A stretch of DNA of 59,417 nt, taken from contig MU053911.1 in NCBI GenBank assembly GCA_013239625.1, positions 1 to 59,417 on the forward strand. Reading direction: 5' to 3'. This DNA is from Lama guanicoe (taxonomy: Eukaryota). Made by a program: the position numbers and the translations under genes. Of this stretch, positions 13,201 to 25,100 are shown in pieces (the stretch's first letter is position 1; the number at the start of each line of letters is the position of its first letter). The notes under the pieces were generated by a model. It ran no database searches. It was not told where the DNA came from and saw only the letters and a program-made list of their open reading frames with translations.

Positions 13201-14739
13201 AATCCAAAATTATTTCCAAAAAGGTAATCTGTGCACTCTAAGCATACAGTGTTTCTGAAACAAATAGGGTTCCAAAGTTGTATAGTTTCAGAAAGACAAA
13301 AAAGTGAGTATCAGCATGATTCCAAGAAACGCAGTTGCAGAAAAACAACTCATGGATGAGATAAAGGGGCGTATCCCACTTTTCCGGTGGAAAAGAGCAT
13401 GTTTCTTTCCTGTGGACTGAGAGCTCCCAGCAGAGACTCCTTCCACACAGCCGCCCACTAACCCTAACCCCACCTTCAGCAAACATCATTTTTGCAAGAA
13501 AAATTAAGGGCTATATTCTCATTTCCTTTAGAACATGAGGGAGAAGGTAAAGTAAACATTAAGCTATTTATTTGTTAGAAAAGGAGAAGTTGTTGGACTT
13601 TGAGCTAAAAAAAGCAGGAGAGAGAAAATGAGACAGAGAGACAGACAGGAGAGGGAATCTCATTTCTTATTTGTGCCCTGATGTACAAAGTTACAAGCTC
13701 TACTCGTTACAGGTTCTTCTGAGTGTGGGTTTGGACCACTTGGGTATCGCTAACGTGGTGGAAAAAGGCTCCTGTCTCCCGCCAGCTGAGGCTCAGTTTG
13801 GCGCTAGAAGCAGGTGGAAGGGGCAAGAGGGCAGTGAGCTGCAGGGTCGCACTGCCAGTGAGCGGCGCTCTGCCCCCGTGGGCCGCCCCGGCTTCATTGC
13901 TCAGCGCTCTCCTCACTCTAGGCTCCAGCCAACCTGAATGACTTGCAGAGCTAGAATATGGTATATCCTTGTCACCTCCTTCAGGAGGTGACATTATCTT
14001 ACCCATCTGAGTGTCTAACATTCTCTCCCTGAACCTGCCTGCTGCCAAGGACTTCCAGAGTAGAGTCCCTGCCTGCCTCAGGGGATGTCTGAGCAATGCT
14101 TGCTCTCATTCCTTAGTGCCCAGTGCCACCACCCCTGTGGACAGCCCATGCTGAGGAAACCTGGGTTCTGCCGCCTGTGGCCGTGGAACAGCTGCTGGCC
14201 AGCCCGCCAGCTCCCACGGCCCCTGCGCCTCTCAGCACACTCACTACACCTCTGATTATCTGATGTGTGTCTTTGTCTTTAGCCCTATGAAAGCCACGCC
14301 TGTGTTGTTTACTACTCTGGTTTTAGGTTTCGCACAATACCTGGGACATGACAGATGTTTGGTAAATTCAGTTTTGACCGAATTTCCTAGCACCTAAGGA
14401 GGCTGTCTGCCCTTCCATGTCTGTCCCATATAGTTGGTGATTTAGCTCCGGGAGCCAACATTTTCCAGTCTGTTCTGCCACCTGGAGAAACTGTGACTTA
14501 ACCTGGCTGTGTTCTGTGGTTGGATGGCTACAGAGATGGCATCTGAGATCAGATTTGATGACCTGACCCATCACTACAGTTTCAAACAACAGACTTCTGG
14601 CAAGGAACCCTGTGATTCTTATTAAGGTTGGAAAGGATGTTTGCTAAGAGATTCAATCTGATCAAGAGGATTGCAAACTGAATATTGAGGGAGAGAGAGA
14701 AAAGAATTACACATGTAATTACAATAGTTAACTAACAGT

Positions 14740-14970
14740 AATAGATACTGTTATCCAGTGCCAGGGACGGTCCTGAGTGATTTACATGCATTAACTATTC
14801 AATCCTTGCAATAACCACACGAGTTAGGAATTCTTATTATGCCCATTTTAAAGATGCAGAAACCAAGCCATTTGAGTGAATTGTCCAAAGTCACGTAAGA
14901 GGCTGCACTGGGATTCACGCTGGGGCAATCTGGCTCTAGATGGGTGCTTGTAACCTCTGCACTATGCTGC
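14740..14970. mobile_element. MIR SINE
   Basis: tttacatgcattaactattcaatccttgcaataaccac...attatgcccattttaaagatgcagaaacc...gtccaaagtcac, matching the MIR core. Confidence 0.7.
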
Positions 14971-17490
14971 ATTTGCTCAATGCTCTAAAAAAAATATACA
15001 TATTGTGTGACAGAGACAGAAAAATTATTTATTTTAAAATAGCAACAACAACAAAACCCAAAACTGGCCAGGCAAGTATTGACCTCAGAGGTCGGGATAC
15101 CATAACATAGGGTAAGGGTAACAATAAAGTAAACTTTGAATTTTGGTATGCTCACAAACCCAGCAGACCAAACTGCCTTCCACTCTTGGGTTCCCTCCCT
15201 GTCCACGTCCATGTGCATGACTGTAAACATGACAGATGTAATTTTGGATTCTGCCTTTTGCATTTAGCATTGTCATAACCGTTTCACCAAACTGCTATAT
15301 AATTGTCAAGACAGAGACACCATATTATTGTTTCCATTTGCATCTTTTATTAACTTGTTGAAGATTTTTCCATGTTTGTTTACAGGTTGTTTATCTATTA
15401 TGTAAATTGTTTCTTCACACCTTTCCCATTTGTCTACTAAAATCTTAACTTTATTTTTTAAATAGTTATTCTTTTTTGCAATATAGACATTGTTTATTAC
15501 CTCTCTAGTGACAAGATAAAATTCTATTTTCTGTGGCTTTGCACTATTAAAAGTATGTATGTAATCTACCTAGATTCATTTTTGTGTGAAGTATGAGCAT
15601 GGATAAAAAGTATGTTTTCCAATTACACAATTACAATTTCTTCAGTAACATTATTGACTCATGTTCCTCACCTGTAGCCCGTCCCTCCTGTTTTTCTGTC
15701 TAGAAATCATAGACATTTCTAGTAGAGATGCATGACCAGGACGTAGTGATGAGAGGGCACACCTGGCGAACTCCGTGCTATCAGCTCTGAAGCCTGGAGA
15801 GGAGAAGAGCAGCATACTTACTCGTTTACTCCACTCAGGAGTACTTAATACGTCCCAGGCACTATTTCAAATGCTTGTGAACGCAAGAGAAAAATCACAG
15901 CCCTATGAAGCTTACATTCTTGTGATAGGAATCAAACAAAATAAGTAAGTAAATACAGCATGTATCAAATGATGCTGAGTGATAGGAAAAAAAAAACAGG
16001 AGGCAGGATTAGGAGGAGTAAGACTGGCCACAGAGAGTATAATTCTAAGTTAGTTGATCTGGAAAGGATTCACTGTGAAGGAGGAGAGTAAAGGCAAGTG
16101 CTTATCTGAAGGGAGAATATTCCAGGTAGAGGAAACAGCAAGTGCAAAGGCCCTGGGGCAGGAAGTGCGTATGTGTTTATGGAACAACTAGGCTGGAGTG
16201 AAGGAAGAAAGGAGAGTATACCAGAGTGTACAATTACATAGAGAGAAGTACATGGGTTTTGGAATTATGTAAACAGGCCAAAAGTCAAGCAGAGAAGTCT
16301 CAGGAAAGCTGCTGAAACTTTCCAAGACTCAACTTCATCATCTGTAAAATGGTTATATCAATACGTATGGTGGAGGACTTGGAAGTCAGAACTGAGAGAA
16401 GCTGTTCCTGGCTACCTCCTTCATTCCATGATCTGGAATCAAATTTGCTTTAGCGTTTCTTTTCTTTGCTCTGGAGGATGAGACACTTCTACTCTATCCT
16501 CTCAAACTGCAATTTAAAATGGATTAACAGAAACACTTGAGATAATTTGTACTTGTTTTTGTCATAGAGGGTTTTGCCATCACTTTTCTTCCAGTTTATG
16601 TATAGAGTTTTTTTTTTTTTGTACTTTGGTATTCATATTACAACACAGATGACCCCAATCACAAGACTATGGCTACAAAATAAGGTTTCATTCCTTTTAT
16701 ATTGGAAAAATAACTTTGAACCCCACACCACTAGTTTAGTGAAGTCTAGTCTTTGGCTCATATAACATGGGTACTGTTGCTTTTTGTATTCTTTTTTTCT
16801 TTTTCCTTTTTTAAAAAGTCTTTTCCCATTTTTACTTGCCTTCCTTGGTCTTACTTTTCTCCCACACCATGAGGTTGCCTCTTGCTCACAGGTTGGTGTA
16901 CAGCCTGATGTGCTTCTTCTTTGTTCACATGGTTGTTGATGAACACATTTACACACTTGCATGTTTTTTTCACGTAAGTGTAATCACTATACACACCCCT
17001 GTGCACCTTACATTTCTCACTCAATAATACCACTTAGGAGCCTCTTAGCACCGACTAATTTCACCCATTCGCCCTTGTAAGCAAACAAAAACCAAACAAA
17101 ATGCTTGTTCTGTGCCGCCACAGAACAACCCACAGAACCGTTGGAGAAAATATAACTGAAGGGCTCTTTCGTGTAATTTTTCCAAAACAAAGGAAATCTG
17201 TCCCCAGGGACAATCAGTGTCACTACTGGGCGTGGCAGAAAAGGTCCAGCAGCGAGTTCTGCCCCACTGCGGTCAGGGGGACTTGGTGTGGTTTCTAGCT
17301 TCTTACATTTCCTCAGGCTTGCTTTGTGACCTATCATATGATCAGTCCTTTAGAAACAAATATGCACATCTACAGTCAACTGGTATTTGACAAGGGAGCC
17401 ACGAATACTTAGCGGAAAAGTACAGTCTCTTCAATAAACGGTGCTGGTAAAACTGGACAATCTGATGCAAAAATAAATCAGTCAAGCTGA

Positions 17491-17618
17491 GGGGGAGGGT
17501 ACAGCTAAAGTGGTAGAGTGAATGCTTCGCATGCACGCGGTCCTGGGTTCCACCCCTAGTACCTCCTCTGAAAATAAATAATAAACCGGATTACCTTACC
17601 CCTCACCCCCCAAAAAAA
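17491..17618 (+). mobile_element. tRNA-Ala(AGC)-derived SINE, camelid vic-1-like
   Basis: gggggagggtacagctaaagtggtagagtg..atgcttcgcatgcacgcggtcctgggttc..ccctagtacctcc resembles tRNA-Ala with A/B boxes. It is followed by aaataaata, a C-rich segment and an A tail. Confidence 0.8.
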
Positions 17619-17722
17619 GTTGGATTCCTATTTTATACCACTCATAAAAATGAAACTGATTAAAGACTTAAACATAAGACCTGAAACTGTAACAGAAAAA
17701 AAAAAACATCTAGAAGAACACA

Positions 17723-20700
17723 CAGTGGGGCTGGGGGGAGGGGGGCCGTGGGGCCTGGCTCGGCAAAGGGGCAAAGGCGTTGCCGCCGCCGCCGCCTGGA
17801 AGCACGCGGAGCGGGATCAAGCGCCCCGCGGCGATGGTCAGGGCTAGAACCCCGCCAGGGAGGCTAGCGGGCCGCCGGTGACAGGCCGTGCTCTGTCCGC
17901 CGTGCCTCCCGCATGTCCTGCTACCCTGAGCTGTCCCAAACTGGGAGACAGCGTGCCACGCTGCCACCATGAACGAGGTGTCTGTCGTCACAGAAGGCTG
18001 GCTCCTCGAGCGCGGTGAATACATCAAGGCCTGGAGGCCCCGGTACTTCCTGCCGAAGAGCGACGGCGCCTTCATTGGATGCAAGGAGCCGCCCGAAGCC
18101 CCCGACCAGACCCTGCGCCCCTTAAACAACGTCTCTGTCGCAGAATGCCAGCTGGCGAAGACCGAGAGACCGCGGCCCGACACCTTGATCATGCGCTGCG
18201 GGCCGTGGACCACGGTCATTGAGAGGGCCTTCCATGCAGACTCTGCAGCTGAGAGGGAGGAGCGGACGAGGGCCATCCGGGTGGTCGCCAACAGCCGCAA
18301 GCAGCGGGCCCGGGTGGGACCCCGTGGACTGCAAGTGTGGCTCCCCCAGCCACTCTTCTGCGGCTGAGGAGTTGGAAGCGGCAGTCAGCAGGGTGACCAC
18401 GAACGGCTTCGACTATCGCAGCCTCCTTCCTGGGCAAGGGCGCGTTTGGCAAGGCCATCCTGCTGCGGGAAAAGGCCCCGGCCGCTACTACACCGTGGAG
18501 ATCCCGCGTTAGGAGGTTAACATCGCCAAGGGCGAGGTCGCCCACGCAGCCGCCGAGAGCCGGGTCCTCCAGAACGCCAGGCACCCGCTCCTCCCGCGCT
18601 GAAGTTTGCTTTCCAGACCCACGGCCGCCTGCTCTTCGCGAAGAGCGTGCCACTGGCGCGAGCTGTCCCTCCGCCTGCCCCGGGCGCGCGTCTTCACGGA
18701 GGAGCGGGCCCGCGTCTACGGCACGAGATCGCCTCGGCCCCGGAGCACCTGCTCTCGGGGCACGCGGTGTACCGCGACGTCAAGCCGGAAAGTCTCATGC
18801 TGGACAAAGGTGGCCACGTCGAGATCACTGACTTCGGCCTGTGCAGAGAGGGCATCAGTGGCGGGGCCGCCACCAGAACCCTCTGTGGGGCCCCCGAGCG
18901 CCTGGCCCCCGGGTGCTGGAGGACGACGACTATGGCCGGGCGGTGGGCTGGTGCGGGCTGGGCGTGCGCACGCTCGAGGTGATGTGCGGCCGCCTGCGCG
19001 TCTACAGCCAGGACCGCCGGCGCCTCTCCGAGCTCATCCTCACGGAGGAGATCCGCTTCCCGCGCACGCTCGGCCCCGAGGCCAAGGCCCTGCTCGCGGG
19101 GCTGCCCAAGAAGGACCCCAGGCAGAGGCTCGGCGGGGGGCCCAGCGATGCCAAGGAGGTCGCGCAGCACAGGCTCTTCCTCGGTATCAACTGGCAAGAC
19201 GTGGTGCAGAAGACGCTCCCGCCACCCTTCCAACCTCAGGTCTCATCTGAGGTTGGCACAAGGAACGTTGACGACGAGTTCACCGCCCAGTCCATCCCAG
19301 TCACTCCCCACCCCCACCCCGGGCCGCAGTGACAGCCGGGGCTCGCTCGAACCGGACCAGCGGACCCACTTCCCCCAGTTCTCCTATTCGGCCAGCATCC
19401 GAGAGCGAGCAGCGCCGCGCGCCGCCGCCGCCGCGCGGGACGCAAGCTCGGCTGCCATCACCGCCGGGGGGCTTTTTCTTTACTTCCTTTTTTTTTAAAG
19501 TTTTTATTTTGCTTTTTGTTTGTGTCCCCGTCCCTCACCTCCTCACCCCCATTTCCAGTTTTTTCTTCAGCCCTCTGCCAAACTCACCGCAGCGGTCCCG
19601 GCAGCCCTGCCTCCAGGATCCTGTCCTGCCCTCGCCTTTGTGCCCAGACCAGGATTGAGGACACTCCACTACCTGCACTAGGACCAGGCCTTTGGGCAGT
19701 TGGAGAGATTCCGATTTTTAATCAACACAAGCCGCACTGAGGGGCGAAGGGCGGAGCTGTGGGGCCTCCCTGAGTTTCTGGCCCGAGCGCCCCGAGGCAG
19801 CCTGCCTCGGCGTTGCTGCTGTCAGAGGCTGCCCCCTGGTGGGCTGCCCGGTGAACAGCGCCCTGGTGCTGCCTTCTTGGCCCTGTCGTTAGGCTCCAAG
19901 AGGCCTGGCGTGGGGCAGTCCAGCCCCTCCTCCCATGGGGGCAGAAAAGCAATAATGTCCAGGGACCGGGGGTAGGGGTGGGGTGGCCTTTTGGAAGCTG
20001 CGTTCAGGATTGGGGGTTTAGGGCTCCCTCACGTGGATGGGACCCAATTACCGTATGGGAAACCAGGAGGGGCCCAGAGGACGAGCACTGCCTTCTGGCC
20101 CTGCCCCCCGCCCCCCAAGCTGCTCTCCTGACCCTGTGGATGAGGCAGGAGGAACATTTGGGGGCTAACCGCCCCGCCCACTGGCCCCGTGCCTTACCAG
20201 GGCTTCCTTCCAGCCAGCCTTACCCCCTGCTGGATGGGGGCCGGGATCTCCCCCTTCTGTCTGCCTGGGGTGGAGGGGCGCCAGCCTTGGCTGTTACATA
20301 TCTCGCACCGAGACAGTATGGGGCCCCATGGACTTGGGTCGAGGAGGGGGTGGGCGTGGGTGTCTCTGGTATGTACTAGGGTGGGGGCCTCTGAAAAGGG
20401 ATGCTCCAGGCCACCTCATCCCCTCCCCATCTCCGGGCCCCGCATTCTGCAGCTTTAAGGCGAACGTGTGTCAGTGCCGTGGGCAGCTGTGTGCCTGCCT
20501 CGGACTGTGTGTCCGTGGGCTTTCCTGTGCATCTGAGAAGCAGATACATATGAGGGGGGGGTGTGCACGTGTGCGTGTGTGTTGGGTATGTGTGTGCGGG
20601 GGCGAGTGTGTCCTGGCCTCAAGTGTGTGTGGTATGTGTGGGCTCAAGCCCCACCCTTGGCCTGAGCATTTCATCCCAAGGGGAGGGGTGCTGGCCCAGC

Positions 20701-21006
20701 AGGGAAGCCACACCAGAGGTCCACTTGCTGCCCTGTCCTCCCCTGCCCCCCAACATCTCTCGGCGTTTGGAATTGTTTTTTCCGGTTTTCATCTCCCCAC
20801 CCCACTTTCTGTTGCTAGGTAATTCACAGAGAGACACATCCTGGAGTGGGGTGGGGGTTGGCTTGGGTGGGTGGGGTCCTGTTTCCTTTCTGTGTGTGTA
20901 TGTCGTTAATCTGACAATTCTTCCTCTTTCTCACCCGCCTTTCCCCATTCCTTGTATGTGTACGGTACAAGCAATAAAGACACTCATTTCAGGAAAGAAA
21001 AAAAAA
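17723..21006 (+). pseudogene. AKT2: AKT2 processed pseudogene (full-length retrocopy: 5' UTR, disrupted CDS 17969-19408, 3' UTR, poly(A))
   Basis: Intronless match to AKT2 across several frames: MNEVSV..EGWL..RGEYIK.WRPRYFL (PH domain), [53 protein letters not shown]. Kozak gccaccATG at 17969, multiple frameshifts, AATAAA 20973-20978, A tail, and TSD AAGAACACA at 17714-17722 and 21007-21015. Confidence 0.97.
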
Positions 21007-21721
21007 AAGAACACATAGGGAAAAAGTTCCTTGACATCAAGCTTGGTAATGATTTTTTTGGATATGACACCAAAATCACAAACAATAAAGGCCAAAATAA
21101 GCAAGTGTGACTACCTAAGACTAAAAGGCTGTACAGTGAAAGAAACAGTCAACAAAGTGAAAAGGCAGCCTATTAAATGGGAGAAGGTATTTGCAAACCA
21201 TTTATTTGACCAGCGGTTAATATCCAAACTATATATAAAAACTCATACAACTCAATAGCAAAAAAAAAAAAAAAAACCAAAAACCAAAAAACCCACAAAT
21301 AATTCAATTAAAAATAGTCAGAGGAACCAGACATTTTTCCAAAGATGGCATACAAATGGCCAACAGACACGTGAAAAGATGGTCAATATTACTAGCCATC
21401 AAGGAAATGCAAGTCAAAACTACAATGAGATACCCTCTCGCACTTCTTAATGGCTATCATCAAAAGACGAGACAATACACGTTGACAGGAATGTGCACTG
21501 TTGGTAGGAATGTAAATTGTTACAGCCACTATGGAAAATAGTACAGAGGTTCCTGAAAAAACTAAAAACAGAAGTGCCATATGATCCAGGAATCCCACTT
21601 CAGAGTGTATCTGAAGGAAATGAAAACAGGATATTGATGAGACACCTGCACGTCCATGTTCATTACAGCATTATTCACAATAGCCAAGGTTTGGAAATAA
21701 CCTACTTGTGCATCAATGGAT

Positions 21722-21960
21722 GAGTCACAGCATCAACCAGGTAGCCCTGTGTGTCTGAGTTTCCGTCATAGCTCCTCCCTCTGTCCGTGTGGGCTTCGGG
21801 GTGGCTACATCCCGGTCACAAGCCCCCAGGTACTGCACCATCACTCCTGGTTCCCTCACACCCTGCCCACACCTCCATGAATAGCCTCTTACTAAACTTC
21901 CTCCAAAGTGCTCAGTCTGAGTGTACCGTCTGTTTCCTGCTGTGATCTTGGTGGTACAAT
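21722..21960 (+). mobile_element. ERVL-class LTR 3' fragment
   Basis: ccctgcccacacctccatgaatagcctcttactaaacttcctc...tgagtgtaccgtctgtttcctgctg...taca resembles the end of old ERVL LTRs. Confidence 0.4.
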
Positions 21961-23844
21961 TCCTCGGTCAAATTGTATTCAGTGGCAGAAGTTCAGTCTA
22001 ACCTGGCATCCTGACTGACACGCTTTATATCAAAAAGAAAACTTAAGTGGACCCATATGGAACATGCGCATGGCTCCGGACCTTATTTTATTTCCCCTGG
22101 AGACTCATTTTGTACATGATGTGGCTCAAAAGAACTTTTTCAGGGGGCCCTTTTCCATCAGGTACCTTTATATTACCTTCAGCTCCAAAATTTTATGCTA
22201 ATTAAGTTAAGAAGCCGTCTTTTTCCTGAAATTTCTGCCATACATGTTAGAATAACTTAGCTTTTAAATTTATTTTGAGGGTTCAGTAAATAAGAAAGAA
22301 AAGTGAAAATAGAGTGGGGAAGATAGAAGAATAGTTCTTCCCTTAATTTTCGAAAGTCTCATGGTAAAGACCCTCTTTTTCTCCAGTAGTAGGCAACCCT
22401 CTTCCCCAAGGCTGCTTGTCAGCTGCAAGACCTTAAGCAACATGTTTGTCCCTTCCCCCTATTTTTTCAGGACTAGCATATCAAAATTAAGACTAGAATA
22501 TCTACCTTCAGGTTTATTGTGAGAATTCGATAAAACATATGTATAAGGATCTGGCCTTGATATGTCTGTACTGGGCTAACCCAACAAATGCCCATTTATT
22601 TTCTCTTCCAATTACATACTTAAAAATAATGCACTTCATGGCTTTTAAGGTTCACCTGGTCCTTCTGCCATTGCTTCTTGGAAAGTCTGAGTACTTGGTG
22701 GAATTCCTTTTTTTTTTCCTTGCTTAAAATGCCTTTAAATTGTGGGAAAATACACGTAACATTTACCCTCTTAAACATTTTGAAGCATCGTAAAGTATAT
22801 TCACATTGTTGTGCCACCAATCTCCAGAACTTTTTCATCTTTCCAAGTGTGAAACTCTACACCAGTTAAATGACCAGCACTGTATCCCTCTTCCCAGCTC
22901 CTGGCAGCCACGGCTCTACTTCCTGTTTCCATGAATTTGACTATTCTAGCTACATATCCACGTGGAATCGTAGAGTGTCCTTTTGTGACCGGCATATTTC
23001 ACTTAGCATAATGCCCTCAAGTTTCATCCATGATGTGGCCTGTGTCAGAATTTTCTTTCCTGAACTTAGTTTTAAAAATGAATTTTCTGAGATATACTTG
23101 CCAAAATTCCTAGGTTTCATTTAACATTACATTTTTTCATGTGTTAAAAGTGCCCCTAACACTGCATGTTATTATGGTGAAACTGTAAAAAGTGAAATAT
23201 GTTCTTAGAAAGCATCCTCCAGTCACTAACATGCTCCTTATTAATACCCAACTTGGTATACCTGGGTGATGTACACGTGGGAACGTTTATTACCCGCAAT
23301 CAGCCAGTGTTCTTGTCCACAGGCTCGTCTCTGTTAGCACTCTTGTTCAGCATTGTTTTAAGACGTTTAATGAACAAAAAGGAATGCTGTCAAAAAGCGT
23401 TATTTCAAACATGAAGTATGTAGACTCTCTGTGGATTCTGGAATTCCTGAGCAATTCTAATTTAAAACGCTCATTGTCCACACATGCCTCCTGTTACTAG
23501 ATTTCTTCCTGGGCTCCACGTCAAGCCTTGCTTTCTGTTCTTTCTCTCTGTTTGGAAAGCACAGCTCCCCAGAGTTCCTGGAACTCTTCTGAATGTAGTG
23601 ATTTGGATCTCCTCCAAGACCTTCACTGAATGCAGGCTGACTTCCCCAGCGCTGGCCCCTTGGAAACAGGCACAATGGAGTCTTGGTGGTTAGCAGAAAG
23701 TACTCTCTTGGATTCAACCTAGTGCAACCGTTATTCACTCTTTGTAGCTGTTGGAACAATTTCTTTTCTCCCTCTGCATCCGGAGGAAGAGGAGGTGGGG
23801 TGTGCTGGAGGAGGGTAACCCCCAGATGGGGCCAACACTTCCCT

Positions 23845-24311
23845 CATTAGTTTAGGATGTTCAACATAATTATTTGAAATACTTATACGTTGGGAAATGA
23901 TTATCGCAATAAGTTTAGTTAACATCCATCACCTCATATAATTACAATTTTTTTCCCTTAGGATGAGGACTGTTAAGATCTATTCTCTTAACTTTCAAAT
24001 ATACAACAGTATTGTTAACTGTAGTCACCATGCTGTACCTCACATCTCCAGGACTTATTTACTTATAACTGGAAGTTTGTACCTTTTGACTTCCTTCATG
24101 CACTCCCCACCTATGCCTCTAACCACTGGTCTGTGGTCTGTTTCTGAGTTGTGTTCTTTTAGTTTCTACATATAAGTGTGGTCCTGCGGTATTTGTCTTT
24201 CTCTGTCTGACTTATTTCATTTAGAATAAAGTCCTCAAAGTTCTTTGATGCTGTCACAAGTGGTAGGATTTCCTTCTCTTTTTTTTAATGGCTGAAAAAA
24301 TATACATATAC

Positions 24312-24343
<32 letters not shown>

Positions 24344-25100
24344 CTCACATTTCGTTTATTCATGCATCTGCTGATGGACGCTTAGCACTTAGGTTGTTTC
24401 CATGTCTTGGCTGTTGTGAATTATGCTACAGTGAACACGGGGTGCATATCTTTCCAAGACAATGATTTTGTTTCCTTCAGACATATGCCCAGAAATGGGA
24501 TGGCTAGATCACATGGTACTTCTATTTTTAACTTTTTCCCAGGAATCTACATGCTGTTTTTCATAGTTGCAGCACCAATTTACATTCCCACCAACAGTGC
24601 ACAGGCCTCCTTTCGCTCTGCGTCCTCACCAACACGTGCTTTCTCTTACTGTGTTGATGACAGTGATCTGACAGCTGCGAGGCGGAATCTCAGTGTGGTT
24701 CTGATTTTTGTTTCCCTGATTATTAGTGATGCTGAGCACTTTTCATGCACCTGTTGTTCCACTTGTGTATCTTCTTTGAAAAAATATCTCTTCACTTTTT
24801 AATCAGATTGTTCTTTTTTTATGGAGTTTTATGAGTGATTTGGGTTCGATATTAACCCCTTATTAGATATATGATTTACGAATATTTCCTCCTTTCTTAC
24901 CTTTCCATTTTGCTGATGGTCTCCTTTGCTATGCAGAAGCTTTTTCCTTTGATGTCGTCCCACTTTGTTTTTGTTGCCTTTGCTTTTGGTGTCATATCCA
25001 AAACTCATCACTAAAACAGATGTCAGGGAGTTTACTTCCATGTTTTCTTCCAGGAGTTTTATGGTCTCACATTTAAGTCTTTAATCCATTTTGAATTTGG
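23845..25100 (-). mobile_element. L1 (L1MA-like) 3' region, antisense, with internal (GA)n
   Basis: aagtttagttaacatccatcacctcata, gcaccaatttacattcccaccaacagtg, gctatgcagaagcttttt; (GA)n at ~24316-24343. Confidence 0.85.

Larger units (their letters stand above)
17345..21720 (+). mobile_element. L1 ORF2 3' fragment interrupted by a SINE (17491-17618) and the AKT2 retrocopy (17723-21006)
   Basis: L1 sequence reads continuously across the insert (ctagaagaacaca | tagggaaaaagttccttgacatc). ORFs 21031-21258, 21356-21541 and 21517-21723 resemble the degenerate L1 ORF2 C-terminal region ([40 protein letters not shown]). Confidence 0.85.

Noticed and set aside
16633..17033. Cys/Lys-rich minus-strand ORFs (MQVCKCVHQQPCEQ...)
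   Set aside because: The sequence resembles a decayed old L1 3' end with A-rich runs; no protein family recognised.
17491..17566. Genuine tRNA-Ala gene
   Set aside because: Extra 5' G-rich leader, mutated stems and anticodon loop, SINE-type tail, and position inside an L1; a second decayed copy lies at 39593-39675.
17969..19408. Functional AKT2 gene or retrogene
   Set aside because: Intronless, with multiple frameshifts, an internal deletion, the catalytic Lys codon changed to Glu and a lost stop codon.
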